NCBI GenBank assembly: GCA_005883405.1
Contig: VBGG01000059.1
Location: 1-41,210 of the forward strand
Length of the DNA stretch: 41,210 nucleotides
Direction: 5' to 3'
Source: Chloroflexota bacterium
Lineage (GTDB): Bacteria; Chloroflexota; UBA6077; CF-72
Shown here: positions 7,442 through 15,108 of the stretch, piece after piece
Layout of the letters: each line of letters opens with the position of its first letter
Numbering within the stretch: the stretch's first letter is position 1
Program-made: the position numbers and the translations under genes
Notes under the pieces: generated by a model
Told to the model about the DNA's origin: nothing
The model's database searches: none
Seen by the model: only the letters and a program-made list of their open reading frames with translations

Positions 7442-8464
7442 TCAGGCTGGGTCGATGCGGGCCACCCACTTGACCCAGTGGTAGCCACGGCGACCGGGCA
7501 CGACCAGCCGAAGTGGGTACCCGTGCGCAGGCGCGAGCGGCTCGCCACCGACGTGCGTGGCCAGCAGCGCGCCATCGAGGTCCTGCAGCGGGAGCACGAT
7601 TCGGTGTCCTGTCGTGGAGACGATCCCCACGTTCGCCACGCGGGCGCCTGACCCGCCCGACCGCAGCACGTCCATCAGCGACACGCCCGTCCACACCTGT
7701 TCCGACCACCAACCGCTCGTGCAGTCCAGCACTGCCTGGACGCTTCGGGGTTGATGTAACGCGATCAGCTCGTCCAGCGAGAACGCCCGCGGTCCGACGC
7801 CCAGACGCCAGTTGGCAGTGTCGAGCACAGGTACGCTGTCGAACAGCCAGATCTCGGCGGGGAAGGCGTTGCCCGAAAACGACACGCTCGGCTTCGAGCC
7901 AGTCGTGAGACGGATCGCCGGCGTGCCCCGTGGAGCGAAGCGGAACGTGGGGGCAAGCCGCTCGATGGCCTGCCAGCCGACGAGCGTCGCTAGCCCGAGT
8001 CCGCCCACGCGCAGCGCCGACCGCCGCGACAGCACGGGCGTGCTGACCAGGTTCTGGCGGCGGCGCTTCAGCATGTGCCAGCCGACGAAGGGCAGCAATC
8101 CGATGCCCAGCGCCACGTGGACATTCACCGGCGAGTAGCCCCAGAGCAGGTCGAAGGAGATCAGGTTCAGCGTCCAGGCCATGCCGATGGCCAGCGTGAG
8201 GATCAGCGAGACGGCGGCCAGGCTGCCCCACAGGATCGAGCGGTCCCATGGCCGGCGGTTGAGCCGACGTCGCAGCGACGCCAGCGCGATGGCCTGCTTC
8301 CAGCCCAGCAGCAGCAACACCGCCACGCCCAGCGCGCGATGTAAGGCGTACAGCGGCGTCGCCGTCGCCACCGGCAGCGCCCAACCCAACAGCCCGCCGA
8401 GCACCTGCGCCAGCACCAGCGCCAGCAGCAGGTCGTTCGTCAGCCGCCGCGGCATACCCGCCAT
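7442..8464 (-). CDS. Molybdopterin-dependent oxidoreductase (YedY/MsrP-like domain) fused to an N-terminal multi-TM, His-containing membrane domain
   Basis: The C-terminal half has FSLDELIALHQPRSVQAVLDCTSGWWSEQVWTGV and GEPLAPAHGYPLRLVVPGRRGYHWVKWV, an Oxidored_molyb-like signature. The N-terminal roughly 170 aa form about 4-5 TM helices with conserved His (LHRALG, VNVHVALG, GWHML). Start taken at ATG 8464; 8455 is also possible. The track ORF extends to 8623 through Arg-rich sequence. Confidence 0.8.
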   Translation of the reverse strand: MAGMPRRLTNDLLLALVLAQVLGGLLGWALPVATATPLYALHRALGVAVLLLLGWKQAIALASLRRRLNRRPWDRSILWGSLAAVSLILTLAIGMAWTLNLISFDLLWGYSPVNVHVALGIGLLPFVGWHMLKRRRQNLVSTPVLSRRSALRVGGLGLATLVGWQAIERLAPTFRFAPRGTPAIRLTTGSKPSVSFSGNAFPAEIWLFDSVPVLDTANWRLGVGPRAFSLDELIALHQPRSVQAVLDCTSGWWSEQVWTGVSLMDVLRSGGSGARVANVGIVSTTGHRIVLPLQDLDGALLATHVGGEPLAPAHGYPLRLVVPGRRGYHWVKWVARIDPA

Positions 8465-8710
8465 TGTGCGCCTGAGCGGTCGCAGGCAGAAAGCGCCACG
8501 CAGCCGGCCTCTCGCGCGACAGCAGCCGGAGCCAACGCTCCTGCGGAGGGACGCCCCTTGCAGCTCGGCCTCTCGCGCGCCCGCGGCCGTCACTCGCTCC
8601 CCGGAGGGTCCCCCCTGGGGCATCGGTCTGCTCGCCCGGGAATCACTGCCCGCCCCGCGGCGTTGGTATGTCGCATGGATCGCGCCGTATATGGCTCGAC
8701 CTCGAAACGC

Positions 8711-8740
8711 TTACCTGACAATCAGACAAATCTTTATAAT
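8711..8740 (+). promoter_or_regulatory. Candidate clpC promoter
   Basis: A perfect TATAAT (8735-8740) sits in a locally AT-rich patch. TTACCT (8711-8716) lies 18 nt upstream. About 55 nt upstream of the TTG start at 8796. Confidence 0.4.
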
Positions 8741-8795
8741 CACCCTATCAAGGTTGCCGCAGGCGAGTACGTCTGGGCAGCCGGGAGGACATTCC

Positions 8796-11267
8796 TTGAT
8801 CCCGCTCGAACGATTCACCGACGAAGCACGCGAAGCGCTGGCGCGAGTCCAGCAGCTGCTGCTTCGCCTTCGGCACAACCAGCTCGACTCCGAGCACTTG
8901 CTGCTCGCCCTGCTCGGTGAGCCGGACGGTCTTATCAAGGCCGCCTTCCAGAAGCTGGATGGCTTCCAGCCCGCGCTGCTACTCGAATGGCTGCGGGCCG
9001 AGCTCGGTCGCCGCCCCATCGCGACCCAGAGTGGCGCCATGTATGTCACGCCTCGCGCCAAGCAAGCGCTCGACCTGGCCCTGGCTGATGCCGAGAGCCG
9101 CGGCGATCAGTTCGCCGGCACCGAGCACCTGCTGCTCGCACTGCTGGCCAATCCCCGCGACGAGCTGACGCAGGCTGCCGAACGCGCCGGCCTGAGCAGC
9201 GCTGCGCTGGCCAAGGCGTTCGAGGAAGTGCGCGGCGGACGCCGCGTCGATAGCCCGACCGCCGAAGGCTCGTTCCAGGCCCTCGACAAGTACGGCGTGG
9301 ACCTGACCGCGCTTGCCACAGAAGGAAAACTCGACCCCGTGATCGGCCGCGAAGAGGAGATCCTGCGCCTCATGGAGGTTCTGGTGCGCCGCACCAAGAA
9401 CAACCCCGTGCTGGTGGGCGAGCCGGGTGTTGGCAAGACGGCTGTAGTCGAAGGCCTCGCCCAACGTATGGCATCCCGCCAGGTTCCCGAGCCGCTCGAG
9501 GGCAAGCGCATCATCGCCCTGGATATGGGCCTGCTGATCGCCGGCGCCAAGTTCAGGGGTGAGTTCGAGGAGCGGCTGAAGGCCGTGGTGGCCGAAACGA
9601 AGGCTTCCAAGGGCACCGTCATCCTGTTCCTCGATGAGCTGCACACGCTCGTCGGCGCGGGTAATGCCGAAGGCGCGCTGGATGGCGCCAACCTGCTCAA
9701 GCCGGCGCTCGCGCGCGGTGAGCTGCGCTTGATCGGCGCGACCACCAACGACGAATATCGCGAGCGCGTCGAGTCCGACGCCGCGCTCGAGCGCCGCTTC
9801 GCACCGGTGTACGTCGACGAGCCCTCGCCCGAAGAGGCGCTGCAGATCCTCGAGGGTCTGAAGGCGCGTTATGAGGAGCACCACCAGCTGGGCATCAGCC
9901 AGGAGGCGCTGGAGACCGCGGTGCGGCTCAGCGAGCGCTACATCCAGGACCGCAGCCTGCCTGACAAGGCCATCGACCTGATGGACGAGGCCGCCGCCAA
10001 GGTACGCCTGCGGACCGCCGTTGAACAAGCCGACAGCCCGGCGGCGCGCATCAAGCGCCTGAAGCTGGAAGAAGACACTGCCTGGCAGAAGCGCGACTAC
10101 GAAACCGCGGCCAGTGCCAAAGCCGATCGTCTGCGGCTCGAGGAGGAGTTCCCCGAGGCGCTGGCGCAGGTTGAAGGCCGACTGCCGGCCGCCACGGTGA
10201 GCCCGGAGGATGTCGCGGCCGTAGTCGCGATCTGGACGGGCGTACCGGTCAAGAGCCTGTACACCGAGGAGGCTGCCAAGCTGCTGCACCTCGAAGAGGC
10301 GCTGCACGCGCGGGTCGTCGACCAGGACGAAGCAGTCGTGGCCGTCGCCGACGCGATTCGGCGTTCGCGCTCGGGTCTTGGTGATCCGAAGCGGCCAATT
10401 GGTTCGTTCCTCTTCCTGGGTCCGACAGGTGTGGGCAAGACCGAGCTGGCCAAGACGCTGGCCGACTATCTGTTCGACGACGAAGACGCGCTGCTGCGGA
10501 TGGACATGTCCGAGTACATGGAGCCGCACACGGTCAGCCGCCTGTTCGGCTCACCACCAGGCTACGTCGGCTTCGATCAGGGCGGCCAGCTCACCGAGGC
10601 GGTGCGGCGCCGGCCGTACCAGGTGATCCTGTTCGACGAGATCGAGAAGGCGCACCCCGAGGTGTTCAACTCGCTGCTACAGATTCTCGACGATGGACGG
10701 CTCACCGATGGCCACGGTCGAACGGTCGACTTCCGCAATACCGTGGTGATCATGACGTCCAACGTCGGCTCGACGCGCGCGTACGAGAAGCGCCGCGACA
10801 CGCTCGGCTTCGGCACCTCGGCTGAGGTACGCGAGGACGAGCAGATCGAGCGACGGCTGCGCGAGGAGTTGAAGCGCACCTTCCGACCTGAGTTCTTGAA
10901 CCGCATCGACGAGGTCATCATCTTCCATCGTCTACCAGAGGCAAGCCTCTACCGGGTGGTTGACAAGATGCTCGGCGAGCTGCGGGCTCGACTGACGGAG
11001 CGTGGTCTGACCCTGGAGCTGACGGACGCCGCACGAGCGTGGCTGGTCAAAAACGGCTACGACGAGGCGTACGGCGCGCGGCCGCTGCGGCGGCTGATCC
11101 AGAAGGAAGTCGAGAATGCGCTGGCGCGGCGGGTGCTCGGGAACGAGTTCGCCGCGGGCGACTGCGTCAAGGTCGACACCGCTGACGACCGTCTCGTGTT
11201 CGAGCGGCTGTCAGTGGCCGCGCCGCAAGCTGAGCCCGTGGTCGAGGCGATAAATCGGGCCGCCTGA
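8796..11267 (+). CDS. clpC: ATP-dependent Clp protease ATP-binding subunit, ClpC-type (Clp/Hsp100 AAA+)
   Basis: TTG 8796 lies 6 nt after GGGAGGA. Duplicated Clp_N repeats are present. There are two Walker A sites ([16 protein letters not shown]). The middle domain is short (about 55 aa, UVR-like [20 protein letters not shown]). A ClpP-docking LGF loop is present (DTLGFGTS). 823 aa. The upstream 205 codons of the track ORF are non-coding read-through. Confidence 0.9.
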   Translation: MIPLERFTDEAREALARVQQLLLRLRHNQLDSEHLLLALLGEPDGLIKAAFQKLDGFQPALLLEWLRAELGRRPIATQSGAMYVTPRAKQALDLALADAESRGDQFAGTEHLLLALLANPRDELTQAAERAGLSSAALAKAFEEVRGGRRVDSPTAEGSFQALDKYGVDLTALATEGKLDPVIGREEEILRLMEVLVRRTKNNPVLVGEPGVGKTAVVEGLAQRMASRQVPEPLEGKRIIALDMGLLIAGAKFRGEFEERLKAVVAETKASKGTVILFLDELHTLVGAGNAEGALDGANLLKPALARGELRLIGATTNDEYRERVESDAALERRFAPVYVDEPSPEEALQILEGLKARYEEHHQLGISQEALETAVRLSERYIQDRSLPDKAIDLMDEAAAKVRLRTAVEQADSPAARIKRLKLEEDTAWQKRDYETAASAKADRLRLEEEFPEALAQVEGRLPAATVSPEDVAAVVAIWTGVPVKSLYTEEAAKLLHLEEALHARVVDQDEAVVAVADAIRRSRSGLGDPKRPIGSFLFLGPTGVGKTELAKTLADYLFDDEDALLRMDMSEYMEPHTVSRLFGSPPGYVGFDQGGQLTEAVRRRPYQVILFDEIEKAHPEVFNSLLQILDDGRLTDGHGRTVDFRNTVVIMTSNVGSTRAYEKRRDTLGFGTSAEVREDEQIERRLREELKRTFRPEFLNRIDEVIIFHRLPEASLYRVVDKMLGELRARLTERGLTLELTDAARAWLVKNGYDEAYGARPLRRLIQKEVENALARRVLGNEFAAGDCVKVDTADDRLVFERLSVAAPQAEPVVEAINRAA

Positions 11268-11300
11268 GGCGAGGGCTCTCTCCTCTTTCTTGAGCGACTG

Positions 11301-11377
11301 TGTCATCCTGAGCTTGCGAAGGACCCGCGACTCGTTTCGACTCGAGAGGACGGATCCTTCGCAAGCTCAGGATGACA
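11301..11377. repeat. 77-bp near-perfect palindrome (27-bp arms, 1 mismatch, 23-nt loop)
   Basis: TGTCATCCTGAGCTTGCGAAGGACCCG (11301-11327) pairs with CGGATCCTTCGCAAGCTCAGGATGACA (11351-11377). The loop carries a CGACTCG direct repeat. It lies 34 nt after the clpC stop, and its right arm contains the GNAT ATG. Confidence 0.9.
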
Positions 11378-11968
11378 AGTGACGTTCTAAGCAGACGATT
11401 CACCGTACGCCCGCTCGCTCCCGATGAGCTGAGCGGGCGTTTTCTTGGACAGGCGCTGTGGGTCTTCGCCGGCGCCCTGGAGTTCCCGAGAAGGAACAGT
11501 CGCGTGCTGAGCTTCGCCGACACTTTGCGGCGGCACGCCACGTACGCTGGCTTCCGCGCCTTCGGCGCACTCAACGTGCGTGGCCGGCTGGTCGGCTTCA
11601 GCTACGGCTACTTCAGCCAGCCGGGCCTGTGGTGGCGCGAGCAGGTCGCCGCGCCGCTGTCACCCGAAGAGCGCGATGATTGGCTGGCCGACGCGTTCGA
11701 AGTCGCCGAGCTCCACGTCCACCCCACCGCCCAGGGTCACGGCCTCGGTAGCCAGCTGCACGATCAGCTGATCCAGAGCCAGTCGCACAGGACGGCGGTC
11801 CTGTCGGTGATGCACCGCAGCCAGCGCGCCCGCCAGCTCTACACCAGCCGCGGCTGGGAAACGCTCGTCAAGGATCTGCGGTTTTCGACCGAGCCCGGTA
11901 CGCCCTTCAGCCTGCTCGGCCTCAGGCGACCGTCGCATAGACTCAGCATTCTCGAACAGGAGGGCTGA
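11372..11968 (+). CDS. GNAT-family N-acetyltransferase
   Basis: 198 aa. LVGFSYGY..., ELHVHPTAQGHGLGSQLHDQL and ARQLYTSRGWE fit the acetyl-CoA-binding motif A/B pattern. Confidence 0.8.
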   Translation: MTSDVLSRRFTVRPLAPDELSGRFLGQALWVFAGALEFPRRNSRVLSFADTLRRHATYAGFRAFGALNVRGRLVGFSYGYFSQPGLWWREQVAAPLSPEERDDWLADAFEVAELHVHPTAQGHGLGSQLHDQLIQSQSHRTAVLSVMHRSQRARQLYTSRGWETLVKDLRFSTEPGTPFSLLGLRRPSHRLSILEQEG

Positions 11969-11970
11969 GG

Positions 11971-12885
11971 ATGCGCATCGGGTTTATCGGTCTGGGCATG
12001 ATGGGCCACCACATGGTCGCCCACCTCCAGGAAGCAGGGCATGAGCTGGTGGTGCATGACGTACGGCGCGCAGCCGGCGAGGAAGCGCTGAGCCGCGGCG
12101 CGCGCTGGGCAGAGACCCCGGCCGATGCCGCCCGTCAGAGTCAGCTCGTGATGACGTCGCTGCCCGGGCCCAGAGACGTCGAGCAGGTCGCCCTGGGCGA
12201 GAACGGGATCATCGTGGGCGCCGGACCTGGCACGTTCTATGTAGACCTGTCGACCAGCTCGCCAACGTTGATCCGCCGCATCCACCAGGTCTTCGGCGCA
12301 CGTGGCGTGCGTGTGGCCGACGCGCCGGTCAGCGGCGGCGTGGTCGGCGCCGAGGAGGCTAGCTTGCAGATCATGGTCGGCTGCGACGCCGACGTGTTCG
12401 AGCAGATCACGCCGGCCCTGCGTCCGATCGGCGACAAGATCGCCTATATCGGCCTGGTTGGCGCGGGCGAAGTGGCCAAGCTCGTTCACAACCAGATCGC
12501 ACTGGTCGTTCAGCAGGCCGTCGCCGAGGCCCTGACGCTCGGCACCAAAGCTGGCATCCAGCCCGAGAAACTGCTCGAAGCCATCCGCGGCGGCGCCTAC
12601 GGTCGGTCAGGCGGCGGCGTCGGCCCTAATCTCGAGAAGACCGCCCTGCAGGGCGACTGGGATCAGCCACGGTTTGCCCTGGCGCTAGCGCGCAAGGATC
12701 TGGGACTGGCCAACGACCTGGCCGGCGAGCTCAGCGTGCCGATGCCGCTGGCGGCGCTCGCCGAGCAGACGCTCGTCGAATGCCTCAACCGCGGCTGGGG
12801 AGGCAAGGATATGGTCGCCGCATGGGCGCTCCAGGAGGACCGCGCCCAGGTGCAGGTCAGGGTGAAGCTGCCGGCGACGACCTGA
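11971..12885 (+). CDS. NAD(P)-dependent oxidoreductase, 3-hydroxyisobutyrate dehydrogenase/6-phosphogluconate dehydrogenase-like family
   Basis: MRIGFIGLGMMGHHMVAHL is a GxGxxG Rossmann signature, followed by the family C-terminal helical domain. The start is 2 nt after the GNAT stop, behind GGAGGG. Confidence 0.85.
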   Translation: MRIGFIGLGMMGHHMVAHLQEAGHELVVHDVRRAAGEEALSRGARWAETPADAARQSQLVMTSLPGPRDVEQVALGENGIIVGAGPGTFYVDLSTSSPTLIRRIHQVFGARGVRVADAPVSGGVVGAEEASLQIMVGCDADVFEQITPALRPIGDKIAYIGLVGAGEVAKLVHNQIALVVQQAVAEALTLGTKAGIQPEKLLEAIRGGAYGRSGGGVGPNLEKTALQGDWDQPRFALALARKDLGLANDLAGELSVPMPLAALAEQTLVECLNRGWGGKDMVAAWALQEDRAQVQVRVKLPATT

Positions 12886-12917
12886 CCCGCGACGGACGCG
12901 CCGGCCAGCCCTGCGGA

Positions 12918-14297
12918 TCACTTCTGTGTCGATAGAAATTCGACCAGCGCGGTGGTCTCCTGCGGCGTGAGCGTGGCGCCGTAGGCCGGCATGTTGCGAC
13001 CGCCGTTGAGGATGCGCCAGGTCAGCTCGTCAGCCGTCAGCCGACCCCCCACGCGCGTCAGCTCGGGCCCGCGCTCGCCGCCGACGCCGGCGATGGTGTG
13101 GCAGTTGATGCAGCCGCGCTGCTCGAACACCTGCGCGCCCTGGGCAGCGGTCGGACTCAGCCCCTGCCGCACCTGCTCGGGCACTGCCAGGTTACCCAGA
13201 TCGGGCGACCATGGCGCGTTCGACCCGACGTTGACCAGCGCCGCGACGCTCACCCCGAACACGGCTACGATGCCGACCGCCCACGGCCGTCGGCGCGGGC
13301 TACGTTCGCCGAATGGGGCGATAAAGGGCAGGAGCACGAAGAGCAGCCCGATCAACAGCGGAAAACCGATGATGAACAGGTCCTCGATCGACACGGGCAT
13401 CAGCGCCAGCAGCGCGAAGTACCACAAGAAGTACCAGTCCGGCCGCGGATACGCACGCACGATGGTCGGATCGGCCTTGTTGCCCAGCTCGGGCGGACCG
13501 AGCCACAGCGCGAGGATGAGCACGATCGAGCCGACCGCCAGTGCAAAGACGACGTCCTTCCAGCCGGCGTCCGGCCAGAACGGCACGCCGATCTTGTGGA
13601 CCAGCTCTTCGTAGCGCTGCTTGTAGGTCTTCGGATCGACGACGACGCCGGGCACGGGCGGATCTGAAACCCCGTGGCGAATCACCAGGTACAGATGCAC
13701 GCCCAGCAGCCCGAAGATGACCGCGGGGATCATGAACACGTGCGTGGCGTAGAAGCGGGTGAGTGTCGCGCCACCCACTGACTGCCCGGCGAACAGGATG
13801 CCAGTGAGCCAGTCGCCGATCAGCGGCGCCCGCGCTGCCTGCGCGGCGCCAACCACCACGGCCCAATAGGCGTCCTGGTTCCACCGCAGCAGCTGCCCGG
13901 TGAACGCCATGCCGAAGGTGAACACCAACAGCAACGTGCCGCTGAGCCAGTTGACTTCACGCGGATACTTGAAGGCGCCGACCAGAAACACCTGCGCCGC
14001 GTGCGCGCACACCAGCAGCACCATGGCCGACGCGCCCCAGAAGTGGATGCCGCGCACAATGCCGCCCAGAATGGCTCCTCGGGTGATGAACTCGAGGCTT
14101 TCGTACGCGTGGTCGGGCGTCGGCACGTAGGTGAACGCCAGCGCCACACCCGTGACGACCTGGACGGTAAACGCAATGAGGGTGGCGCTGCCGATGGTGT
14201 AGTCCCAACCCGTAGGCGGGACCGGATGCTCGATGAGCGGCTTGATGTTCGCGCTCAACCCGAGTCGATCGTCCAGCCAGCCAACGACCGCTCTCAC
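12918..14297 (-). CDS. Cytochrome bc-complex cytochrome b (b6 plus subunit-IV-like) fused to a C-terminal monohaem cytochrome c
   Basis: The N-terminal cytochrome b reads GSATLIAFTVQVVTGVALAFTYVP, RGIHFWGASAMV and RFYATHVFMIPAVI. The subunit-IV-like part reads PDWYFLWYFALL. The C-terminal part has CINCH with NMPAYG as a likely Met ligand. 459 aa. Confidence 0.9.
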   Translation of the reverse strand: MRAVVGWLDDRLGLSANIKPLIEHPVPPTGWDYTIGSATLIAFTVQVVTGVALAFTYVPTPDHAYESLEFITRGAILGGIVRGIHFWGASAMVLLVCAHAAQVFLVGAFKYPREVNWLSGTLLLVFTFGMAFTGQLLRWNQDAYWAVVVGAAQAARAPLIGDWLTGILFAGQSVGGATLTRFYATHVFMIPAVIFGLLGVHLYLVIRHGVSDPPVPGVVVDPKTYKQRYEELVHKIGVPFWPDAGWKDVVFALAVGSIVLILALWLGPPELGNKADPTIVRAYPRPDWYFLWYFALLALMPVSIEDLFIIGFPLLIGLLFVLLPFIAPFGERSPRRRPWAVGIVAVFGVSVAALVNVGSNAPWSPDLGNLAVPEQVRQGLSPTAAQGAQVFEQRGCINCHTIAGVGGERGPELTRVGGRLTADELTWRILNGGRNMPAYGATLTPQETTALVEFLSTQK

Positions 14298-14812
14298 GCC
14301 GCGCCCGCGATGGTCTGCGTGAGCGGGCGCGTCAGCACCTGCACGCGATCGTTCTCGATAATGCGGACGCTATAGCGGACGAGCGGGCGCGGCGGCGGCC
14401 CGCCGGCGACCGTTCCGTCGGAGTAGTACACGCCGCCATGACACGGGCACAGAAACAACTCGGCGCCCGCTCGCCAGTTGACCGGACAGCCGAGATGCGT
14501 ACAGTTCAGGCCGAAGGCGACGAAGTCGCGCTCGCCGGTGCGGCGTAGCCACACGGCGGTGCGGGCGGTCTGTCCCGCCCACGGCAGGGATGACGGCTCG
14601 TCGAACGCCACCTCAACCGTTTCACCCATGCGAAAGTTCTCGACCAGGCCGAGGTCGCGCCAGTCCTCGGGCGGCGGCTGGAGCAGTGGGCTGAGCAGAT
14701 AGGCGACGATGGGTACGCTCACCACCGCGCCCGCCAGGCCGCTCAGCGCCAGACTGACGCGATTCAGGAAGCGACGTCGGCTGACAACGTCTTCTTCAGC
14801 TTCGTCAGGCAT
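14294..14812 (-). CDS. Rieske [2Fe-2S] subunit of the bc complex
   Basis: CTHLGCPVNW and CPCHGGVY boxes are present. A Tat-like SRRRFL signal is followed by a TM anchor. There is a 4-nt overlap with the cytochrome b gene. Confidence 0.9.
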   Translation of the reverse strand: MPDEAEEDVVSRRRFLNRVSLALSGLAGAVVSVPIVAYLLSPLLQPPPEDWRDLGLVENFRMGETVEVAFDEPSSLPWAGQTARTAVWLRRTGERDFVAFGLNCTHLGCPVNWRAGAELFLCPCHGGVYYSDGTVAGGPPPRPLVRYSVRIIENDRVQVLTRPLTQTIAGAA

Positions 14813-14972
14813 GCCGCAACTCCTGAATCCACTGCCAGACGCCCCAGACGAGCAGGATCAGGCCCAGAGCTGAGAGCGCCAGGCTGGTGGCCACGCCAAA
14901 TGCCATCAGCGAAAACCCCGCCCCCGCGGTCAGCGGCCAGACGCTCGGCGCCGGCAGGTGTATATGGTTCAT
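14805..14972 (-). CDS. Small 2-TM membrane protein (55 aa), not in the supplied ORF track
   Basis: My own translation of the minus strand is MNHIHLPAPSVWPLTAGAGFSLMAFGVATSLALSALGLILLVWGVWQWIQELRHA. ATG 14972 lies 5 nt after GGGAGG. The stop overlaps the Rieske ATG (ATGCCTGA, 8-nt overlap). High GC3. Confidence 0.5.
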   Translation of the reverse strand: MNHIHLPAPSVWPLTAGAGFSLMAFGVATSLALSALGLILLVWGVWQWIQELRHA

Positions 14973-14981
14973 GCTGACCTC

Positions 14982-15097
14982 CCTCTCCCTCTGGGAGAGG
15001 GCCGGGGTGAGGGGTGCTTACGAGATTTCAACGTTCGCGAAGATACGCACCCCTCACCCGCGCTGCGCGCGGTTTTATCCACTCCCAGAGGGAGAGG
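14982..15097. repeat. Nested-palindromic REP/MITE-like element, copy A (flanks inverted relative to C, D, E)
   Basis: CCTCTCCCTCTGGGAGAGG, GCC, GGGGTGAGGGGTGC, 29-nt loop, GCACCCCTCACCC, GCGCTGCGCGCGG, TTTTATCCA, CTCCCAGAGGGAGAGG. It lies between the coxI/III stop and the small ORF. Confidence 0.9.
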
Positions 15098-15108
15098 CGA
15101 TTTCGAAG

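Noticed and set aside
8181-8795. 205-codon N-terminal extension of the clpC ORF (the track gives 1028 aa).
   Set aside because: The extension is Arg/Ser/Pro-rich. It crosses the divergent gene's 5' end and an AT-rich promoter-like patch. Clp_N homology begins right after TTG 8796, which has a GGGAGGA SD.
8796-11267. Calling this Clp/Hsp100 protein ClpB.
   Set aside because: The middle domain is only about 55 aa, whereas ClpB has a long coiled coil. An LGF ClpP-docking loop is present, which favours a ClpC-type unfoldase. A phylogeny would settle it.
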